NCBI GenBank assembly: GCA_964449525.1
Contig: CAYUZC010000001.1
Coordinates: 702-30,636 of the forward strand
DNA from: an uncultured Ruminiclostridium sp.
GTDB taxonomy: Bacteria > Bacillota > Clostridia > DSM-8532
DNA length: 29,935 bases
Direction of reading: 5' to 3'
How positions within the stretch are numbered: the stretch's first letter is position 1; every line of letters starts with the position of its first letter. This document shows positions 26,381-29,935 of the stretch, one piece after another. Both the position numbers and the translations under genes were made by a program. Under the pieces are notes generated by a model that saw only the letters and a list, made by a program, of their open reading frames with translations, made no database searches and was not told where the DNA came from.

Positions 26381-26500
26381 TTAAACTGCATTTAGGTTAT
26401 AAAAATGGCTTTTCATTTTCACAAATGGCTATTCAAATACAAAAACTGAGTTTCATCTTACAAAGTGGCATCTCACCTTTCAATTAAGTCTGTCAACTCA
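26381..26500. repeat. Degenerate 20-bp tandem array (4 clear units, up to 6)
   Basis: Units at 26401, 26421, 26441 and 26461. Unit 1 (AAAAATGGCTTTTCATTTTC) matches the other three at 15, 14 and 13 of 20 positions. Weaker units at 26381 and 26481. Confidence 0.55.
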
Positions 26501-26536
26501 ATTGCCTCCCCCAATATATTGCATATAGAAAATATA

Positions 26537-26589
26537 TTATCGATAAACAATAAATAAATGTTGACATTCAATATGTTACGTGATATATT
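26537..26589 (+). promoter_or_regulatory. Sigma-A promoter of the DUF2975 operon with upstream inverted repeat
   Basis: TTGACA(26561)-N17-TATATT with TGn. TTATCG-N5-CAATAA at 26537-26553. Confidence 0.65.
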
Positions 26590-26619
26590 TTATTCATAAA
26601 AGCATAGGAGGCTCCGGCT

Positions 26620-27075
26620 ATGGATTGGAATAAGGATAAAAGTATTCTATTATCACGGATTTGTGTTTTAATTTTTGCGACTTTATTGGCGCTCGCCGAT
26701 ATAGGTTCCTACTGGTTGGTTTCATGGTTTATGTGGGTTTCTCACACCCTTAGTGGTTTAAAAGATGGCTATATGTTAATGGGAACACTTTACTCATGCA
26801 GTATTTTTTCTTGGATTTTGCTTGTGAACCTTTGGAAGCTTCTAGCTAATATACAGCGTGGTATGGTTTTTGAAATGACCAGTGTAAAGTACTTGCGTAT
26901 AACCGCTTGGTGCTGTGCAGGGGTATGTATAATATGTTTTCTAAGTGCGCTTTACTATACTCCATTTATTCTTATATCTGTTGCCGCCGGATTTATGGCA
27001 CTGATAGTTCGTATCATTAAAAATGTTTTTGAGCAGGCCATATCAATGAAGGACGAGCTTGACTTTACAGTTTGA
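26620..27075 (+). CDS. DUF2975-family membrane protein
   Basis: Four TM segments, VFEMTSVKYLRITAW and C-terminal VFEQAISMKDELDFTV. Coupled to an XRE gene. Confidence 0.85.
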   Translation: MDWNKDKSILLSRICVLIFATLLALADIGSYWLVSWFMWVSHTLSGLKDGYMLMGTLYSCSIFSWILLVNLWKLLANIQRGMVFEMTSVKYLRITAWCCAGVCIICFLSALYYTPFILISVAAGFMALIVRIIKNVFEQAISMKDELDFTV

Positions 27076-27086
27076 GGAGGGGTTGG

Positions 27087-27305
27087 ATGGAAATTATAAT
27101 TAATATTGACGTGATGATGGCTAAAAGGAAAATCTCAGCAGGTGAGCTTGCAGAACGTGTTGGGATAACACCTGCTAACCTCTCAATTCTTAAAAATAAC
27201 AAAGCTAAAGCGATCCGTTTCTCTACATTAATTGCACTTTGTCATGAGCTTAAATGCCAGCCCGGTGATATCCTTGAATTTCGGGAAGATGTTGAACCAA
27301 AATGA
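27087..27305 (+). CDS. XRE/Cro-CI HTH regulator (YozG-like)
   Basis: ELAERVGITPANLSILKNNKAKAIRFSTL...CQPGDILEF. GGAGG RBS favours ATG 27087. Confidence 0.92.
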   Translation: MEIIINIDVMMAKRKISAGELAERVGITPANLSILKNNKAKAIRFSTLIALCHELKCQPGDILEFREDVEPK

Positions 27306-27347
27306 GTAAATAAGAGGTTTTCTGTGATTATAAGGAGGATTACAAAA

Positions 27348-28655
27348 ATGGATTCTATACCTGAAAATAGCAATAATACTAGCATTCAAAATATAGACGT
27401 ACCCCAGCTCTATGAAAAACCCTTTAAACCTTCAAAAGCAGAAAAAGTTGCATTGTTATTAAGCCTTCCCATTGCATTTCTTTACACATATATTCTATTA
27501 CCATCTTATAATGATGGAAGCTGGTATACTGTAATTGCTACTTTTACGGCTCTTTTTTGTATATCGGTGGAGGTTATATATAAAAAGCAGAAAGCTATAA
27601 GAGAAAGCTTTGTATGGCTTGGATGTATTGCAGTAATATTAGCGTCCATGCTTCTTGGGAGAAATCAAGTCTGGGGAGACGAACTGGCAGTGCTTTTTAT
27701 CCATTGCTATGCTGTTTACTGGTTGGTATCACGGTCGGGTAGACTTATGGAGGATGGGAGTGGAGCATTTGCCCCGATAGATATGGTAAATGGGTGTATT
27801 GTATTTCCTTTTAAACATTTCTTTCTGAGAATCAAAGTATTATGGTCGTCTATAAGCTCAACAGTAAATAAAAGGGACAACAAGGAGTCAAGAGCAAGTG
27901 CTTGGACTGCTATTGCTGTTGGACTTATCTTGTTCTATGTAGCCGGTACTTTACTGGCCTCTGCTGACGAAACATTTAACAGAATAATAGGTGATTTACT
28001 TAGATATGTGAGCTTCGATATATTCAGTGAAGTTTCTATTCGATTTATTGTAAGCCTTCCTGTCGGAGCATATCTTTACGGACTAATAGTTGGAACCAAT
28101 AGAGAAGATACAATCAAACTGAAGAATAAGAAAAAATATCTTTTACAAAGGTTAGATGAGTTAAAGAAAGTACCGGCAAAAGTTTGGACAATCATTCTGG
28201 CTGCGTTTAGCATTCTTTACTTAATATTCTTTTTTATACAGGGGTCTTATCTGTTCGGGGCTTTTACACGAACACTACCGGAAGGATTCACTGTTGCTCA
28301 ATATGCAAGGCAAGGCTTTTTTGAACTCTGCCAAATAATGGGACTTAATTTCCTTTTGCTTTGGATTGTTATAAAAAGCAGCAATGAGGGTGTACGTCAA
28401 AACAGACCGGCTTTAGTAATGTGTATCGTTCTGCTTGTAGAGAGTATTTTGTTTTCTATTACGGCATTCTCCAAGCTGATGCTGTATCTCTCCTGTTTTG
28501 GTTTTACACCTTTGAGAATTCAAAGCACTTGGCTTATTTTTGTATTATTCTGCGGAAGCGTTATGGCAATTTATTCTTTATGGACAAGTAAGAAGTCTTT
28601 TAGAATATGGATTTTTATCAGTGGGATATCCCTTGCCCTGACACATCTATACTAA
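27348..28655 (+). CDS. DUF4153/DUF4173-family multipass membrane protein
   Basis: About 12 TM segments, SADETF, QYARQGFFELC and YLSCFGFTPLRI motifs. AAGGAGG RBS favours ATG 27348. Confidence 0.8.
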   Translation: MDSIPENSNNTSIQNIDVPQLYEKPFKPSKAEKVALLLSLPIAFLYTYILLPSYNDGSWYTVIATFTALFCISVEVIYKKQKAIRESFVWLGCIAVILASMLLGRNQVWGDELAVLFIHCYAVYWLVSRSGRLMEDGSGAFAPIDMVNGCIVFPFKHFFLRIKVLWSSISSTVNKRDNKESRASAWTAIAVGLILFYVAGTLLASADETFNRIIGDLLRYVSFDIFSEVSIRFIVSLPVGAYLYGLIVGTNREDTIKLKNKKKYLLQRLDELKKVPAKVWTIILAAFSILYLIFFFIQGSYLFGAFTRTLPEGFTVAQYARQGFFELCQIMGLNFLLLWIVIKSSNEGVRQNRPALVMCIVLLVESILFSITAFSKLMLYLSCFGFTPLRIQSTWLIFVLFCGSVMAIYSLWTSKKSFRIWIFISGISLALTHLY

Positions 28656-28661
28656 ATAAAG

Positions 28662-29237
28662 CTAATACTTCTGATTTATATAATTATCGGTTAATGATTT
28701 TCTTTTATTGTCCTCTAAAATGTTGTTTGCATTCAGAGCGTTTGCAATAAAAACACTTTTTGTATGGAGGATAAGATAATCATTGTCATTTAGCCCGCTT
28801 ACAGAATAGAAGGCGTTGATTTCTAGCAAAATATCGGGGTCTTTAATTACAATCTCTATTAGCTTATCCTTGAGCTTTTGAGATTTAACCCTTACATAGT
28901 AAGCCTCTGCTTTGAAATCAATAAGCCTTAATAATGACAGGGTAGCATTATCCTTATTATGATAGAGATTCAAGGACTCAGTTAAATATGCACGGCGCTC
29001 TTTATCGCTATTTTTGGGATCACGGGCAATCCATTGCCAATACTTGGCGCTGACATTATAATAATGGTAATTATAAACGGCTTTTTTTACATTATCAATT
29101 CTTGTAAATGGCTTTATACGAAGGCTCTCCATATATCTGTAGTTTTCTTCAATAAACTCGTTTTTTGTCATGTCGCCCATCTTGTACTGTATAAGTAAGC
29201 TCTGTCTATGTTTAAGGAATTTATTAAATCTATCCAT
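28662..29237 (-). CDS. DUF6648-like hypothetical protein
   Basis: N-terminal FLKHRQSLLIQYKMGDMTKNEFIEENY and YNYHYYN motifs recalled from a clostridial conserved family. AGGCGGTG RBS. Confidence 0.65.
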   Translation of the reverse strand: MDRFNKFLKHRQSLLIQYKMGDMTKNEFIEENYRYMESLRIKPFTRIDNVKKAVYNYHYYNVSAKYWQWIARDPKNSDKERRAYLTESLNLYHNKDNATLSLLRLIDFKAEAYYVRVKSQKLKDKLIEIVIKDPDILLEINAFYSVSGLNDNDYLILHTKSVFIANALNANNILEDNKRKSLTDNYINQKY

Positions 29238-29260
29238 CTAATACACCGCCTGTATGTCAA

Positions 29261-29289
29261 ATGATAAACAAGTTTTAATAAAAAGTAAA
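29261..29289 (-). promoter_or_regulatory. Putative sigma-A promoter of the DUF6648-like gene
   Basis: Minus strand TTTACT-N17-TATCAT. Confidence 0.5.
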
Positions 29290-29376
29290 GGCTACAGATG
29301 TGAAGGAAAAATAAGGTTGACATATCAAAATAAGCTATGATAATTTGTATAAAATTGTATTGATGTTTTGTGTCAT

Positions 29377-29520
29377 GAGGAGAGTATATTATTCTGTTTG
29401 AGCGGTCACGGTAATTTTGATTTGACTGCCTATGAAGAATATTTAAGCGGAAAGCTTGTGGATGTAGAATACCCCGATGAAATTCTGGAGAAAGCCTATG
29501 AAACGCTACCCATAATTTAG
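29377..29520 (+). pseudogene. trpB2: 3' remnant of TrpB2 (TrpB-like PLP enzyme)
   Basis: Translates EESILFCLSGHGNFDLTAYEEYLSGKLVDVEYPDEILEKAYETLPII*, the characteristic TrpB2 C-terminus (SGHG rather than the TrpB1 SGRG). In-frame TAA at 29350 and no credible RBS/start. Confidence 0.8.
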
Positions 29521-29539
29521 AACGTATAATTATTATAAT

Positions 29540-29587
29540 TAACGGTGCCTGTCGCAATCTCTTCAGGCACCGTTATGTTTTTTTTAT
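29540..29587. terminator. Intrinsic terminator between the trpB2 remnant and the convergent flavodoxin gene
   Basis: Perfect 12-bp stem TAACGGTGCCTG/CAGGCACCGTTA, 12-nt loop, T-tract on the + strand. Confidence 0.85.
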
Positions 29588-29934
29588 TTAAGCCATTCCA
29601 ATATTGGTGCGAGATTCTCTTCCTTTACAAGAGATCTTCCGTTATTTATCATATCAATTGATTCAAGGTCTTCATCGGTTTTGGTTTCTTTTTTATCTAT
29701 TTCCTTAAGTATCACTTTTGACATTATCTTCATCATAAATTTATAAATACCACTTAACTTGTTTACGTCGTAACCACCCTGGAAATAGAAAGCTTTAGGG
29801 CCTGAAATATGATTTCTTCCAACCATGTCTTTGACAGCTTCATCGGAAGGACGTCTCATACCTACACCGCATACGGCTTTAACATCATAATTTTTAGATG
29901 CCTTTTCATACCCCTTTATACCTGACGCAAACAG
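29584..29934 (-). CDS. Flavodoxin-domain protein (HemG-like), 5' end outside the window
   Basis: Frame is open to the window edge (LFASGIKG...VCGVGM...FYFQGGYDVNKLSGIYKFMMKIM), typical of the flavodoxin_5-type C-terminal half. Confidence 0.7.
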   Translation of the reverse strand: MFASGIKGYEKASKNYDVKAVCGVGMRRPSDEAVKDMVGRNHISGPKAFYFQGGYDVNKLSGIYKFMMKIMSKVILKEIDKKETKTDEDLESIDMINNGRSLVKEENLAPILEWLK

Positions 29935-29935
29935 C

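Noticed and set aside
26426-26510. Minus-strand RBS-like GGGGGAGG/AAAGGTGAG with mini-ORF MPLCKMKLSFCI
   Set aside because: Only 12 codons, overlaps the tandem array, and has no recognisable family.
29340-29560. Possible ncRNA (6S-like) in the apparent intergenic gap, and the 129-aa minus ORF 29168-29557
   Set aside because: The sequence is explained by the trpB2 coding remnant on the + strand.
26280-29935. Integrated element at the tRNA-Leu 3' end
   Set aside because: No integrase, transposase or duplicated tRNA 3' end (att) was found in the window.
1-29935. CRISPR arrays, rRNA, IS elements, defence systems
   Set aside because: No repeat-spacer arrays, rRNA-like sequence, transposase motifs or recognisable defence genes were seen.

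Overview
Low-GC Clostridia chromosome segment. Gene content and order suggest a Ruminiclostridium/Acetivibrio-like organism (inference). It has three blocks. (1) 178-14406 (+): distal half of a Firmicute fla/che operon: flhA-flhF-flhG, a PilZ brake, cheB-cheA-cheW-cheC-cheD, a membrane hypothetical, fliA/sigD, FapA/DUF342, a hypothetical, a SwrB-like protein and a YceG-like protein, closed by a terminator. (2) 14428-24080: a divergently transcribed sugar-phosphate locus. An atypical PHP-domain gene faces an operon encoding a SorE-like Zn dehydrogenase, E2, E3, a fused and insertion-bearing E1 alpha/beta, a SrlD-like SDR and a DeoR repressor. No transporter, kinase or lipoate ligase is present. 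This is the best candidate for an undescribed system: a lipoate/ThDP-dependent dehydrogenase complex apparently dedicated to a ketose/polyol-phosphate pathway. A structured RNA carrying hammerhead-core words lies between E1 and the SDR. (3) 24165-29935: aldo/keto reductase, tocopherol-cyclase-like protein, tRNA-Leu(CAA), a degenerate 20-bp tandem array, a DUF2975/XRE/DUF4153-like module, a DUF6648-like gene, a 48-codon 3' remnant of trpB2 absent from the ORF track, and a partial flavodoxin-like gene. All family assignments come from motif recognition by eye; no database search was run.
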